Assembly (NCBI RefSeq): GCF_042096255.1
Contig: NZ_JBELLZ010000003.1
Coordinates: 18,104 to 82,103 of the forward strand
DNA length: 64,000 bases
Origin: Sphingomonas sp.
GTDB taxonomy: Bacteria > Pseudomonadota > Alphaproteobacteria > Sphingomonadales > Sphingomonadaceae
Reading direction: 5' to 3'
Under the pieces are notes generated by a model. The model saw only the letters and a list, made by a program, of their open reading frames with translations, searched no databases and was not told the DNA's origin. The position numbers and the translations under genes are program-made. Numbering within the stretch: the first letter of the stretch is position 1; each line of letters opens with the position of its first letter. Of the stretch, positions 48,843 to 59,097 are shown one piece after another.

Positions 48843-50447
48843 TCAGAGCACGAAGTCGTTCACGCCCAGGCTGGTCACGTTGTCGACGATGATGACAAAG
48901 TCCGCCTTGCCGTCGCCGTTGACATCGCCCATCACCTGCGCGTCGCCATTCACCACCTTGTAGATCAGGTCGCCCGCGGTGCGGGTGAAGTTGCGCGTAC
49001 CCAGGAAGGTAAAGGCATTGTCCTGCCCGCCCTTCACCGCATCGATGTTCTGGAGGACGATCCGGTCGCCGTCGAGCCGGTTGAAGTCGAGGATCACGTC
49101 AGACTGTGCGGCCTTCTTGGCGCTGTCCACGGGAGCGTTGAACCAGAACAGATCCGCCCCGCTGCCGCCGACCAGCATGTCCTTCCCCGCTCCGCCCCAG
49201 AGCAGGTCGTCGCCGCCATCGCCCTGGAGCCAGTCTGCGCCCTTGCCGCCCCAAAGTTCGTCACTGCCGCTGCCACCCATCAACACGCCGGCGCGGTCGT
49301 TGGCGATGATATAGTCGTCGCCCGAGCCGCCGATGCCGCGGGTGATGTCGGTGCCCCATTGCACGAAGAGGTTGTTGCTCAGCCCCCCGACGCTGGAGAA
49401 ATTGCCCGGTCGAAGGTCAAGCAGCGCATCATAGGACCATTCCGACAGATCGACCGTATTGTTGGTACCCTGGTTGTAGATCGTCACCACCGGGCTGATG
49501 TTGACCGAGAAGTCGTAGAAGTCGCGCAGCACGCCGTAGATGTTGCTGTGGAAGCCATAGGTCTGCCCGCCGGTGAAGGGCGAACTTTCTGACACGCCAT
49601 ACAGCTGCTGGATGGCGATGATGTCCAGCCCCATCACCGTGTGCGGCGCAGTGCGGTAGTTGCCGCCCTCGTCATAGCCCCAATAGGTGTTCGGGATGGG
49701 GTTCTGCGCAGCATACTTGGCGTCGGTATCGGTCCAGTTGATGTAGGACATGATCGTGAACATGCGATCGTCAAAGGCGCTGAACTGCTGCGTGCGCGGC
49801 GTCGCGCTGCCGTTGTAATAGCCGCCATGGCCCAGGCCGAGCAGGTGGCCGACCTCGTGGATGATCGTCGACATGCCATAGCCGCCATAGGTGTCGAGCG
49901 ATCCCGACAGGTCGAAGCCGGGCACGGAGGTGTCGACGCTGATCAGCGCCTGCCCGGTAACCTTACCCGGCGTGGTGCCGCGCCCATCCGCGGAGGGGGT
50001 GCTGTTGTACGCGCCGCCGTCATCGCCGCGGGTCAGGAAGACGCCCGCGGACCGCGAGTTGCCGACCTCCACGAAGGACACGTCGGCGATCGCCGACCAC
50101 ATGCCGAACGCCTTGAGAAAGGTCGCCTTCTCCACCGCGCTGAAGCGCGACGACGGATCGAAGAAATAGGTGATCGTCGCACCGGTGCCGACCTTGCTCT
50201 CGCCCCATTTGTACACGGTCTGGTCGTTGAAGCCCCAATAAGAATTGTCGGTCAGCCGCCCGTCGGGGGTGAGGCCGTTGAGGAACGACACCTGCTGATC
50301 GGCGGTGGGCGACTTGGGCGCCTTCGCGCGGCGGCCATCGATCGCATGGTCGCTGCCGATGCTGTCCAGATAGGGCAATGCGACGAAATCCTCGGCACCG
50401 AACATGTAGTCGTCCTGATCCCAGCTGCGCACGCTCTTCCTAGCCAT
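48843..50447 (-). CDS. Serralysin-like M10/RTX metalloprotease (paralog 4, no insert)
   Basis: HEVGHLLGLGH, MFTIMSY, GGxGxD repeats, NDFVL; start MARK at 50447 by analogy with the paralogs. Confidence 0.93.
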   Translation of the reverse strand: MARKSVRSWDQDDYMFGAEDFVALPYLDSIGSDHAIDGRRAKAPKSPTADQQVSFLNGLTPDGRLTDNSYWGFNDQTVYKWGESKVGTGATITYFFDPSSRFSAVEKATFLKAFGMWSAIADVSFVEVGNSRSAGVFLTRGDDGGAYNSTPSADGRGTTPGKVTGQALISVDTSVPGFDLSGSLDTYGGYGMSTIIHEVGHLLGLGHGGYYNGSATPRTQQFSAFDDRMFTIMSYINWTDTDAKYAAQNPIPNTYWGYDEGGNYRTAPHTVMGLDIIAIQQLYGVSESSPFTGGQTYGFHSNIYGVLRDFYDFSVNISPVVTIYNQGTNNTVDLSEWSYDALLDLRPGNFSSVGGLSNNLFVQWGTDITRGIGGSGDDYIIANDRAGVLMGGSGSDELWGGKGADWLQGDGGDDLLWGGAGKDMLVGGSGADLFWFNAPVDSAKKAAQSDVILDFNRLDGDRIVLQNIDAVKGGQDNAFTFLGTRNFTRTAGDLIYKVVNGDAQVMGDVNGDGKADFVIIVDNVTSLGVNDFVL

Positions 50448-50605
50448 GGTCGTTCCCCTTCGCTCCCCGCCCTTCACGAGCTTTCACTTGGGTAAGCGGG
50501 AAAGCAGGTCGGCCGGGGTCACTGGCCTGCGAAAAAGATTGTGTAGGCGGTTGCATGCGGGCCGCGGCTTCGCTTTGCGGTGCGCGACCGTTTCCGAGGA
50601 TCGCC

Positions 50606-51826
50606 ATGACCCCTTCTCCCCTCGCCCTGCCCTTCCCCGAACTGCCCCAGATCGCAGGCGTCACGCTTCGGGTCGCCCGCGCGCGCTACAAAACGTGGGA
50701 CCGATGCGACCTCACTCTGGTGACGCTCGATCCCGGCACCGCGGTCGGGGGCGTGCTCACCCAGTCGCGCTGCCCCTCGCCCGAGGTGGAATGGTGCCGC
50801 AAGGCGCTGGTGTTGGGCGAGGCGCGGGCGCTGGTGGTGAATGCGGGCAATTCGAACGCCTTCACCGGCGGGCGCGGGCGCGCTGCGGTGGAGGCGATCG
50901 CCGCACGAGTCGCGGGCCACACGGGCTGCCGCCCCTCGGACGTGTTCGTCGCCTCCACCGGCGTGATCGGCGTGCCGCTGCCGATCGACAAGGCGGAAGC
51001 CGGCCTCGACGCGGCCGTCGAGGCGGCGCCGTGCGGCTGGCGCGAGGCGGCCGAGGCGATCATGACCACCGACACCTTCGCCAAGGGCGTGAGCGCGACC
51101 GCGGTGGTGGACGGGCGCACGATCACGATCGCCGGCATCATCAAGGGTTCGGGGATGATCGCGCCGGACATGGCGACCATGCTCGGCTTCCTGTTCACCG
51201 ACGCGGCGGTGGAGCCCGCGTTCCTCCAGCGCGCGCTGACCGCGGCCAACGCGCTCAGCTTCTCGTGCATCACGGTGGATGGCGACACCTCGACCAGCGA
51301 CACCGTCCTAGCCTTCGCCACCGGCGCAGCGGGCAATGCGCCGCTGGCCGACGACGACAGCGCCGGCGCGGACGCCTTCCGCGCGGCGCTGGCCGACGTC
51401 TGCCGCCAGCTCGCGATGCTGGTGGTGCGCGACGGCGAGGGCGCGACCAAGCTGATCGAGGTGACAGTGGAAGGCGCGGAGAGCGACCGCTCCGCGCACC
51501 GCATCGCCATGTCGATCGCCAACTCGCCGCTGGTCAAGACCGCGATCGCCGGCGAGGATGCTAATTGGGGCCGCGTGGTGATGGCGGTCGGCAAGGCAGG
51601 CGAGCCCGCCGAGCGCGACCAGCTGGCGATCCGCTTCGGCACCACCCAGGTGGCGCGCGACGGGCTGGCGGTGGATGGGTATGACGAAGCGCCGGTGGCA
51701 GCGCACCTCAAGGGCCGGGAGGTAGAGATCGGGGTCGAGTTAGGGCTCGGCGAAGGACGCGCCACCGTGTGGACGTGCGACCTGACCCATGGGTACATAT
51801 CGATCAACGCGGATTATCGGAGCTAA
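50606..51826 (+). CDS. argJ: Bifunctional ornithine acetyltransferase / N-acetylglutamate synthase
   Basis: NAGNSNAFTG, STGVIG, IMTTDT, KGSGMIAPDMATML, SPLVKTA, CDLTHGYISINADYRS. Confidence 0.97.
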   Translation: MTPSPLALPFPELPQIAGVTLRVARARYKTWDRCDLTLVTLDPGTAVGGVLTQSRCPSPEVEWCRKALVLGEARALVVNAGNSNAFTGGRGRAAVEAIAARVAGHTGCRPSDVFVASTGVIGVPLPIDKAEAGLDAAVEAAPCGWREAAEAIMTTDTFAKGVSATAVVDGRTITIAGIIKGSGMIAPDMATMLGFLFTDAAVEPAFLQRALTAANALSFSCITVDGDTSTSDTVLAFATGAAGNAPLADDDSAGADAFRAALADVCRQLAMLVVRDGEGATKLIEVTVEGAESDRSAHRIAMSIANSPLVKTAIAGEDANWGRVVMAVGKAGEPAERDQLAIRFGTTQVARDGLAVDGYDEAPVAAHLKGREVEIGVELGLGEGRATVWTCDLTHGYISINADYRS

Positions 51827-51844
51827 CCACCTGCGGCCCTTCGA

Positions 51845-52360
51845 CTAGTGAGCCACGCGAGTTTTCTTGACCTGCTCATTTGGCACCAGACCAGCCCGAA
51901 GCAGATGGTCAACCACAATCAAAGGAGGCGCTCCAAACATCTCGGGCCTGGACGACCGATCGGTGACCCGGCGGCCGACGAATTCGAGATAGTAAACATC
52001 TGAATCTAGCCCATCCAGATTGGGAAGCAGGTGGTCTTCTTTTGTCTTCTCATCGAAATACAGTTCAACGTAGCCGTCACTCTCCGGATTGAAGGATCGG
52101 CCAGGCCGCGTGCCATCCAGAAAACTAGAACCTTCGAACGTTCGAAAATATAACCCCGCATACCGCCGGGACTCTGCCAGTCTGGCACAATCCCTGACGG
52201 GTATTTGGGAGGCGGCACCGCCGCACTCCGTGGCTAATGCCTCGTTCTCAAACGGCAAACTGAACGTCTTGAGCTCGGGCTGTGAGGACGGTTCAGCATC
52301 CCCACATCCCACCAGAAGAACGAAGGCCAGGCCAGTGACCGAGGCCTTCGAAACGCTCAA
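51845..52360 (-). CDS. Hypothetical lipoprotein with atypical, lower-GC composition
   Basis: Lipobox LVGC; TTG start overlaps the trxA stop. Confidence 0.65.
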   Translation of the reverse strand: MSVSKASVTGLAFVLLVGCGDAEPSSQPELKTFSLPFENEALATECGGAASQIPVRDCARLAESRRYAGLYFRTFEGSSFLDGTRPGRSFNPESDGYVELYFDEKTKEDHLLPNLDGLDSDVYYLEFVGRRVTDRSSRPEMFGAPPLIVVDHLLRAGLVPNEQVKKTRVAH

Positions 52361-52680
52361 CTCAGCTCGCCCTCGAGCCAGCCCTTGATCTGGCCCTTCG
52401 GCGCGGCGCCCACCTTCGTGGCGGCGGGATTGCCGGCCTTGAACAGGATCATCGTCGGGATGCCGCGCACCCCGTAACGGCCGGGCGCATCGGGGTTCTC
52501 GTCAATGTTGATCTTGGCGATGGTCACCTGCTCGCCCAGTTCCTCACTGATCTCCTCCAGCGACGGGCCGATCATCTTGCACGGGCCGCACCATTCCGCC
52601 CAGAAATCGACCAGCACGGGCTTGTCCGAGGTGATGACGTCGTCGTGGAAGCTGGAGTCAGTGATCTTCTTGGTGGCCAT
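52357..52680 (-). CDS. trxA: Thioredoxin
   Basis: DFWAEWCGPCK, VRGIPT. Confidence 0.98.
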   Translation of the reverse strand: MATKKITDSSFHDDVITSDKPVLVDFWAEWCGPCKMIGPSLEEISEELGEQVTIAKINIDENPDAPGRYGVRGIPTMILFKAGNPAATKVGAAPKGQIKGWLEGELS

Positions 52681-52740
52681 GCCTGTATCTCCTTTGGCGA
52701 CAATCTATGACGCCGTGCGAACAGGCTCAACCGCCATCGG

Positions 52741-55700
52741 TCAACCTTTGCTCCCGATCGCGAAAGCCAGGCTTTCGGGCGGCAGCGTGATGAGGCGCGG
52801 CCCCGCGGTGTAGAGCAACGCTGCCTCGATCGCATGGTCGGGAAAGATCACCGCCAGCGCCGCGGCATAGGCGGCCATCTGGCGGACGTGCCAGCCGGGC
52901 ACCTCGGCCAGCCCCGCAGGGGCGTGGCGGCCGGTCTTGAAGTCGATCACGGTCACCCGCCCGTCCTCGACCAGCAGGCGATCGACCGTGCCCGCCACCA
53001 CCGTGCCGTCGGCCAGCACCGCGCTGATCGGTGCCTCGGCGAGCGACTGCGGCCCGAACACCGCGGCATGCGCGGGATCGGCAAGCACGCCGCACACGGT
53101 GGCGATCAGCGCGGGACGGTCCTGCGGCGGCACCTGCTGCGCGGCGAGCCAGCGCTCGGCGGCGCCTTCCCGCTCGTCGGCGGGCACTGCGGGGAGCCGC
53201 TCAAACAAGGCGTGGATCAGCCGCCCGCGCTCGGCGGCGGCGCGCATCGCGGGCGTCGGCGGCGGATCGGCGACCTCGTCATGGCCCAGCGACGAGGGCG
53301 CGAGCGGGCGCGGCGGGCGCGCCTCGGCCGGCGCGGGCCGGCGCGACCAATCGGGCAGCGGGGTCGCCGCCTTGGGACCGACCGCCGCGGCGGAACGGAT
53401 CCGGGCCGGCTGGTGCACAACGCTGCCGGTGAAGCGGCGCGTTTCCCCTTCGCCCGCCCCACCCGCAACCGAAGTCGGATGCGCCGCTGCCAACCCATCC
53501 AACGCCCGCGCGCTGGCGGCATACCAGCTGTCCTCCGGCGGCACGCCGTTCCAGCTTGCCGACAGCGATCCCGCGACCACCAGTCGCTCCTCGGCACGGG
53601 TCGCCGCGACATAGAACAGCCGCCAATGCTCCTGCCGCTCGCGCGTTTCCTGCGCGGTGACCGCTTCGTCGATCGCGCCCCAGCGCTCGTCCTTGCGCGG
53701 CCGGAACACCGGAAAGGCCGCTTCCGCACCCTCGGGCTGCCACGACAACGTCGAGCGCGGGCTCGAGTCCGGGTCGGCGGTGGCGTCGGCCAGGATCACC
53801 AGCGGCGCCTGGAGCCCCTTGGCGCCATGCGCAGTCATCACCCGCACCGCATCATGCGACCCCTCCGCCTCGCGCTTGATCTCCACCTCGCCGCGATCGA
53901 ACCAGTCGAGGAAGCGCTGGAGCGAAGGCGTCGCGCTCTGCTCGAAGTCGAGCGCGGCGGAGAGCAGTTCCTCGATCGGATCGCGCGCCTCCTCGCCCAG
54001 CCGGCGCAGCAGCTTGCGCCGCCCGTCGAGCGGGCCGGACAGCAGTTCCTCCAGGAAGCGATAGGGCGTGGTGAAATCCGCCCGCGCCAGCATCGCCTCC
54101 AGCGGCGCCAGTTCGCCCGGGCAGGTCTCGCGCAGGTGCCGCCACAAGGTGCCGGTCCGCGGCACCGCGCGCGCGAGCAGCGCCTCCTGAGACCAGCCGA
54201 TCAAGGGCGAGACGAGCAGGCTCGCGAGGCTTAGGTCGTCGCCCGGCTGGAGCACGAAGCGAATCGCAGCGAGCAGGTCCTGCACCGCCAGCGGCGCATT
54301 GAGCCGCAGCCGGTCGACCCCCGCCACCGGCACGCCCTCGGCATAGAGCCGCGCGACCAGCAGCTGCGCGAGGTCGCCGCGCCGCTTGACCAGGATCATC
54401 ACGTCCTCCGGTCGCAGCGCGCGCCCCTTGCTCTCCAGCATCAGGCCGTCGTCGAGCCAGGCCTTCACCTGGCGGGCGATGCGGCGGGCGTTCTCGCGCA
54501 CCGCATCATCGATCCACTGCTCCTCGCCCCCGTCGCCCTCCGCGTCACCGCCCGCGCAGACCGGCGGCCACAGCTCGACCGTGCCCGGGCCGTCGACCTT
54601 GCTGACGTGCCGCTCCAGGTCGCCGACTGCACCCAGCGCCTCGTCCCCCGCCGCGCCGACCGCCGCATCGACGAACTCCAGCACCGGCGCGGTCGAGCGC
54701 CACGACGCGGTCAGCGACAGCCGGTCGAACGGCAGGCCGCGCTCGTGATCCGGCATGTCGGGGGTGCCGAGCACCGCCGCCGCACGCTCGGCGAAATAGT
54801 CCTCGGCGGCCTGGAAGAACACCGGATCGGTGCCCTGGAAGCCGAAGATCGCCTGCTTGAAGTCGCCCACGGTGAACAGCGTCCGCACCGAGGGTGCATA
54901 GACGCCGCGCCCGACGAAATATTCCTCCACCAGCGCGCGTACGATCGTCCACTGCGCCAGATTGGTGTCCTGCGCCTCGTCGATCAGAACATGCTCTGTG
55001 GTGCGGTCGAGCTTGAAGCGGACCCATTCGCCGATGCCCGGCTGCTTGAGCAGCGCCACCGTCGCGGCGATCAGGTCGTCGAAGTCCACCGCCCCCGCTC
55101 GGCGCTTGGCCGCGGCATAGGCGCGCGCATAGTCGCGGCCGATCTCCAGCGCGCGCGCCAGCAGGTCCGCATAAGCGGCACGGTCGCGCAGAGCGAGCAG
55201 CGCCGCACAGGCCTCGCCCAGCTCGGAGGCCATCGCTTCATAGTCCGGCTCGGCGGCGATCTGCTTGGGATAGATTTTCCGCAAGGTGCCCGTGCCGGTG
55301 CGCACCACCGCCATCAGCTCCTTGAGCGCCGCCACCCGCGCAGCCGGCTCGCCGTCGAGCCAGGCGGAGATCACCGCGACATGCTTCTCCCCCGTCGCGG
55401 TGCCCCAAGCCTTGTTCGCCCCGCCGAGCCGGTCGATCGCATCGCAGTCGAGGTCCTCGCAGCCCGCTGCGATCGCCTCCTCGATGTCGCCCGACGGGAG
55501 CCCGAGCGCACGGCGCAGGAACGGCTGGATGCCCGAGGGCAAAGCTTCCAGCGCCGCGCCGTCGCGCGCGCATTCCTCCAGAAAGCGCTCCGCCCCCTGC
55601 TCGCCTAGCCTCAGGCTCAGCGCACCGATCGCCTCCACCGGTCCGCTGCGCCCTTCCGCCTCCGCCTGCACCAGCAGCGCCGCCAGCGTCTCGCGCAGCA

Positions 55701-56166
55701 GCAGCGTCTCCTCGCGCGCTTCGATCGGGCGGAAGCCGGGGATCAGCCCCGCCTCGACCGGGAAGGCGGCGAGCAGCGACTGGCAGAAGCCGTGGATGGT
55801 GTTGATGCGGATGCCGCCGCCCGGCGCGTCGAGCACCTTGGCGAACAGGGTGCGCGCGCGCTCCTGCATCGGCGGGGTCGGCCGTTCGCCAAGCGCCTTG
55901 AGGTCCGCGCTCAGCTCCGGCGCCGGCATCCGCACCCAGGCGGCGAGCCGCGCGTTGATCCGCCCCGCCATCTCCGCCGCGCCCGCCTTGGTGAAGGTGA
56001 GACACAGGATCGCACCCGGATCCACCCCGCGCAGCAGCAGCCGGAACACTCGCGCCGCCAGCACCTGCGTCTTGCCCGTCCCCGCCGACGCGGAGAGCCA
56101 GACGTGCGCGGACGGATCGCTCGCCCTCGCCTGTTCGGGCTGGAGCGGTGGCAGCGGACTAGTCAC
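52741..56166 (-). CDS. addA: Double-strand break repair helicase/nuclease AddA
   Basis: SASAGTGKT, IDEAQDT, VMTAHGAKGL, LFYVAATRA, GTVDRL..VIDFKTG. Confidence 0.97.
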   Translation of the reverse strand: MTSPLPPLQPEQARASDPSAHVWLSASAGTGKTQVLAARVFRLLLRGVDPGAILCLTFTKAGAAEMAGRINARLAAWVRMPAPELSADLKALGERPTPPMQERARTLFAKVLDAPGGGIRINTIHGFCQSLLAAFPVEAGLIPGFRPIEAREETLLLRETLAALLVQAEAEGRSGPVEAIGALSLRLGEQGAERFLEECARDGAALEALPSGIQPFLRRALGLPSGDIEEAIAAGCEDLDCDAIDRLGGANKAWGTATGEKHVAVISAWLDGEPAARVAALKELMAVVRTGTGTLRKIYPKQIAAEPDYEAMASELGEACAALLALRDRAAYADLLARALEIGRDYARAYAAAKRRAGAVDFDDLIAATVALLKQPGIGEWVRFKLDRTTEHVLIDEAQDTNLAQWTIVRALVEEYFVGRGVYAPSVRTLFTVGDFKQAIFGFQGTDPVFFQAAEDYFAERAAAVLGTPDMPDHERGLPFDRLSLTASWRSTAPVLEFVDAAVGAAGDEALGAVGDLERHVSKVDGPGTVELWPPVCAGGDAEGDGGEEQWIDDAVRENARRIARQVKAWLDDGLMLESKGRALRPEDVMILVKRRGDLAQLLVARLYAEGVPVAGVDRLRLNAPLAVQDLLAAIRFVLQPGDDLSLASLLVSPLIGWSQEALLARAVPRTGTLWRHLRETCPGELAPLEAMLARADFTTPYRFLEELLSGPLDGRRKLLRRLGEEARDPIEELLSAALDFEQSATPSLQRFLDWFDRGEVEIKREAEGSHDAVRVMTAHGAKGLQAPLVILADATADPDSSPRSTLSWQPEGAEAAFPVFRPRKDERWGAIDEAVTAQETRERQEHWRLFYVAATRAEERLVVAGSLSASWNGVPPEDSWYAASARALDGLAAAHPTSVAGGAGEGETRRFTGSVVHQPARIRSAAAVGPKAATPLPDWSRRPAPAEARPPRPLAPSSLGHDEVADPPPTPAMRAAAERGRLIHALFERLPAVPADEREGAAERWLAAQQVPPQDRPALIATVCGVLADPAHAAVFGPQSLAEAPISAVLADGTVVAGTVDRLLVEDGRVTVIDFKTGRHAPAGLAEVPGWHVRQMAAYAAALAVIFPDHAIEAALLYTAGPRLITLPPESLAFAIGSKG

Positions 56167-59095
56167 GGCCGTACCATTCGTCGCGGCGCATCAGTTGGTC
56201 ATATTCTGAGTAAGGCGCGTATTCCGGGTGCAGCTTGGCGGTGAACGCCGCATCCCCGGTCAGCCAGTCGCGCACCGCATCGCCGAACACGCGCATCGAG
56301 CGCTCGACGAAGTCGCTGGTGAAGATCTTGCCGTTCTTGCCCGCGGGATCGACCGGCGAGGTGACCGAGCCGAACTGCTCGCCCCGCCGCGCCAGCGACC
56401 AGTACTCGAATGCACCCGCCGTTCCCGTCAGCCCGTCGAACCCACCCTTTTCCGCAATCGCGCCGAGCAGGCCGAGTTGCATCGAGAAGCCCGCCGCCAC
56501 CGCCGCAGGTGAAGGCGCCTGCCCGGTCTTGTAATCGACGATGCCGAGGCCGCCGTCCGCCAGCCGGTCGATCCGGTCGAACCGGCCGGACAGGCGCACG
56601 CCCTCGATCTCCGCCTCACCGCGTCCTTCCACCGCCAGCACGGTGCGGCCGGCATCGCGGTTGGCGGCGATCTTCCCTGCGATCCAGGTCAGCGCTTCCA
56701 CCAGCCGCGGCTGCCACAGCGCGCGCAGCAAAGGGTGCGCGGCGGGATCGCGCAGCATCCGCTCGGCGCGCGGCACCAGCGCCTCCACCGCGCAATCGTC
56801 TTCCTTCGCCCAGGCCTCCAGCACCGCGTGCACCGCAGTGCCGCGCCACGCCGCGCTGGGATCGGCATCGACCGTGTCGAGTTGGTCGAGCCGCAGGATG
56901 CGCCGCGCGTAAAAGGCGTAGGGGTCCGCCTTGAGTCGGTCGACCTCGGTCACCGATATGCTGGTCGGTCGCTGCGCCGGGCGCGGCTCGGGACGGGTGG
57001 CGGGCAGATGCGCCTCCGCCCGGTCGAGCGCGCGCGTCCAGCCCTCCAGCGCCCCCGCCCGCTCGAACCGTTCGCCCGCCATGGCCTGTAGCCGCAGCCA
57101 GAAGCGCGAGGCGAGCGCCGGCGCGCGCGCGTCGCGGCGGGCGCGGGTTAGCAGCACCTCGCGCGCGCCCAGCCCCTGGCCGAAATCATGCGCGGCGATG
57201 CCGATCCGCCGCTCCAGCCCCGGCAGTCCCAATTCAGCGCGGATGCGCGGCGCCAGCCACGGGTCCGGCGCGGGCGTGCCCGGCCACACGCCCTCGTTGA
57301 GCCCACCCAGAATCATCAGGTCGGCCGATTGCAGCCGCGCCTCGATCTGGCCGTAGATCGCCAGCCGCGGGTGCCCGCCCCGTGCTGGGCGGATCGCCAC
57401 CTCGTCCATCAGCAGCCGGAGCAAAGCCGGAAGGCTGTCCGCAGCCACTTCCGCCGGACCGAGCGGCGCCTGCGCCTCCAGATCGGCAAGCAGGTCGGCG
57501 GCGGCGCGCCCGGCGGGGCCGCGCCACGCCTCGTCGCCGGCGAGCGCCTGCGCCGCCTCGCGCAGACAGGCAACGAAGGGCCCAAGCGCGCGTGTGCCAG
57601 TGCCGAACGTGGCGGCGATCGGCTCCAGGCAGGCGCGCGCCTCCGGCCACCAGCGCGCCGCGGCCGCGCGCACCCGGCGCTCGCGTTCGGTGCCACCGGC
57701 GAGATGCGCGTCGATCCCCATCAGCCCCGGTGCCGGCCGCGGCCCGCGCAGCGCGAGATCGAGCGCGCGCACCCCGTCCAGCCACGCGCGCCGTCGCTCG
57801 CCGGCGCGCACCAGAGGATGCTTGAGCAACGTCAGCACGGCCGCGGGCGCGAAGTCCTGCGCCGCCGCCTCGACGATCGCAGTCAGCAAGGTGCCCGGCG
57901 GCAGGATGGCGAGCGGCCGCCCGGCGCTGTCGTCCACCTCCACGCCCCAGCGCACGAGATGCGCCGCGACCCGCCGCGCCAGCCCGCGATCGGGCGTCAC
58001 CAGCGCCGCGGTGCGGCCTTCGGTCTCCAGCGCCTCGCGCATCGCCAGCGCGATCGCCTGCGCCTCCTCCGCCGGGGCGGCGAGCTCGGCGGCACTGACC
58101 CCAGTCAGGCGGCGCTGCTCGGCCGGCAGCGTTGTCCATTTGCCGGTAAAGTCGGCGGGCGCGAGCGCATTGGCGATGGCGACGCTGCGCACCCGCGGCG
58201 CATCATGCTCGCTGCCATCACGCCACAGCGCCACTTCCTCGCGCGCGACGCCGATCCGATCGAGCAGCAGCTTGAGGTGAAACTGCGGGTGCACCTCGAT
58301 CGCGAGCGCACGCCGCCCGCTCGCCGGATCAGGCGCCTGCGGGCCGAGCGCGTCCCATTCCTCCTGCGGCATGCTGGTGGCGAGCCCGGCGAGCACCACC
58401 ATCCCCTCGGGCAGCTCGCTGACCTGCCGCAGCAACCGCGCCACCGCCGGCGCTGAATCGGTGATGCCAGCCGCGCAGACGAACCCCGACGGCGGCACCG
58501 CGCGCCACCGCTCGGCGAGCCGTTCGAGCGTGCGCACGCGGCGCTCGGCGGCGTCGATCCGGCCGAGGCGCTCCAGCTCGGCGGGCCAGCGGTCGATCAC
58601 CAGCCCGAACAGCTCCAGCGACGCCTGCCAATGCTCGGACAGCTCGGGCGCAAGATCGATCTCGCGCAGCCGCCGCGGACTGATCTCCTCCACCAGCAGT
58701 TGGTCCAGGGTCCGCGCCAGCTCGCCCGCCAATCGCACCGCCTCGGCAGCGTCCATCGCGCGGGCCTCCGCCACCAGCCGCGCCAGGATCAGCCGCCGGG
58801 CGAGCGGATCGACCGCGGGGGGCAGCGGCGCGGCATCGGCGGGGTCGAGCGCCACGCCCACCGCCTCGCCCAGGTCCTCGTTGCCGATCGCCACTAGCCG
58901 AGGCAGCAGCAGCGCACCGCCGCTCGCACGCACGAACGCATCCTGGATCGCCAGCTTGGAGCGGTTGTTGGGCAGCAGCACCAGCCCGCGCGCCAGCCGC
59001 AACCGATCTCCCCCGAAACGCCGCAACAGCCCCGCGACCAGCGCATCGGCGAATGCCTTGTGGGCAGCGATCGTGTAGAGGCGTGGCCGCGTCAC
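56159..59095 (-). CDS. addB: Double-strand break repair protein AddB
   Basis: LLLPRL, RRVAAHL.RWGVEVDDSAG, DPYAFYARRIL, GRFDRID..IVDYKTG; start GTG 59095. Confidence 0.96.
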   Translation of the reverse strand: MTRPRLYTIAAHKAFADALVAGLLRRFGGDRLRLARGLVLLPNNRSKLAIQDAFVRASGGALLLPRLVAIGNEDLGEAVGVALDPADAAPLPPAVDPLARRLILARLVAEARAMDAAEAVRLAGELARTLDQLLVEEISPRRLREIDLAPELSEHWQASLELFGLVIDRWPAELERLGRIDAAERRVRTLERLAERWRAVPPSGFVCAAGITDSAPAVARLLRQVSELPEGMVVLAGLATSMPQEEWDALGPQAPDPASGRRALAIEVHPQFHLKLLLDRIGVAREEVALWRDGSEHDAPRVRSVAIANALAPADFTGKWTTLPAEQRRLTGVSAAELAAPAEEAQAIALAMREALETEGRTAALVTPDRGLARRVAAHLVRWGVEVDDSAGRPLAILPPGTLLTAIVEAAAQDFAPAAVLTLLKHPLVRAGERRRAWLDGVRALDLALRGPRPAPGLMGIDAHLAGGTERERRVRAAAARWWPEARACLEPIAATFGTGTRALGPFVACLREAAQALAGDEAWRGPAGRAAADLLADLEAQAPLGPAEVAADSLPALLRLLMDEVAIRPARGGHPRLAIYGQIEARLQSADLMILGGLNEGVWPGTPAPDPWLAPRIRAELGLPGLERRIGIAAHDFGQGLGAREVLLTRARRDARAPALASRFWLRLQAMAGERFERAGALEGWTRALDRAEAHLPATRPEPRPAQRPTSISVTEVDRLKADPYAFYARRILRLDQLDTVDADPSAAWRGTAVHAVLEAWAKEDDCAVEALVPRAERMLRDPAAHPLLRALWQPRLVEALTWIAGKIAANRDAGRTVLAVEGRGEAEIEGVRLSGRFDRIDRLADGGLGIVDYKTGQAPSPAAVAAGFSMQLGLLGAIAEKGGFDGLTGTAGAFEYWSLARRGEQFGSVTSPVDPAGKNGKIFTSDFVERSMRVFGDAVRDWLTGDAAFTAKLHPEYAPYSEYDQLMRRDEWYGRD

Positions 59096-59097
59096 CC

